The position numbers and the translations under genes are program-made. A stretch of DNA of 62,816 nt, filler included, from Octopus bimaculoides (Eukaryota), in NCBI RefSeq assembly GCF_001194135.2. It is 6 parts of 6 records of this genome, joined end to end, with 100 filler letters (N's around TTAATTAATTAA, not from the genome) between each part and the next. Parts side by side here need not be neighbours in the genome. Positions count along the whole stretch, not along the records: positions 60,303 to 62,816 come from NC_068982.1; 5 more parts are not named here. One strand, written 5' to 3'. This document shows positions 62,590 through 62,816 of the stretch, in pieces. Each line of letters starts with the position of its first letter. Within the stretch, counting starts at the first letter, position 1. The notes under the pieces are model-generated. The model was not told the DNA's origin, made no database searches, and saw only the letters and a program-made list of their open reading frames with translations.

Positions 62590-62816
62590 TATATATATAT
62601 ATATACAAGAATAAGGGCAGGGAATCGTCAATTAGTAATAGAATTAATAATTAACAATTTTGCCAAGTAGTTCAGTATGAAAAAACCTTTATCGGTAAAA
62701 CCATTTATCATCATAAATATACAGGGATTAGCATTGAGTTGCTTCTCCAACATACTGAAAATTTAGAAATAGCAGTCAAAGAACTACTGATTCTAAACTA
62801 CAAATTTTTCTCTAAA
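62590..62816 (+). mobile_element. AT-rich long-TIR element, left end plus internal part (cut by window edge)
   Basis: aattttgccaagtagttcagtatg..tttatcggtaaa; same family as 60680. Confidence 0.55.

Overview
A repeat-saturated, gap-rich (many N runs) eukaryotic window with no host protein-coding gene that I can support. The SINE families and microsatellite load look like an octopus (coleoid cephalopod) genome; this is recognition from memory, not a search. Almost every ORF in the six-frame track is a microsatellite or N-run artefact. Supportable content: three tRNA-derived SINE families (A, B, C; my labels); LINE fragments of the R4/Dong, L1/Tx1, CR1, RTE-X and probably HERO groups; four Penelope-like (PLE) fragments; three mariner remnants; hAT-type MITEs; an interstitial (TTAGGG)n tract; and five artificial 100-bp scaffold linkers (N44-TTAATTAATTAA-N44). 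Best leads: (1) an L1/Tx1-type LINE embedded at both ends in (GATA)n, a candidate tetranucleotide-targeting retrotransposon, alongside R4/Dong copies abutting (TAA)n; (2) two back-to-back minimal type I hammerhead ribozyme motifs sharing an AACGUU palindrome; (3) telomeric repeats apparently patching a break inside a LINE ORF1; (4) a non-repetitive island with an ERE-like/DR3 nuclear-receptor triple half-site and three TAATCC sites; (5) an unclassified ~150-bp element present twice in inverted orientation, with TGACGTCA retained in both copies.
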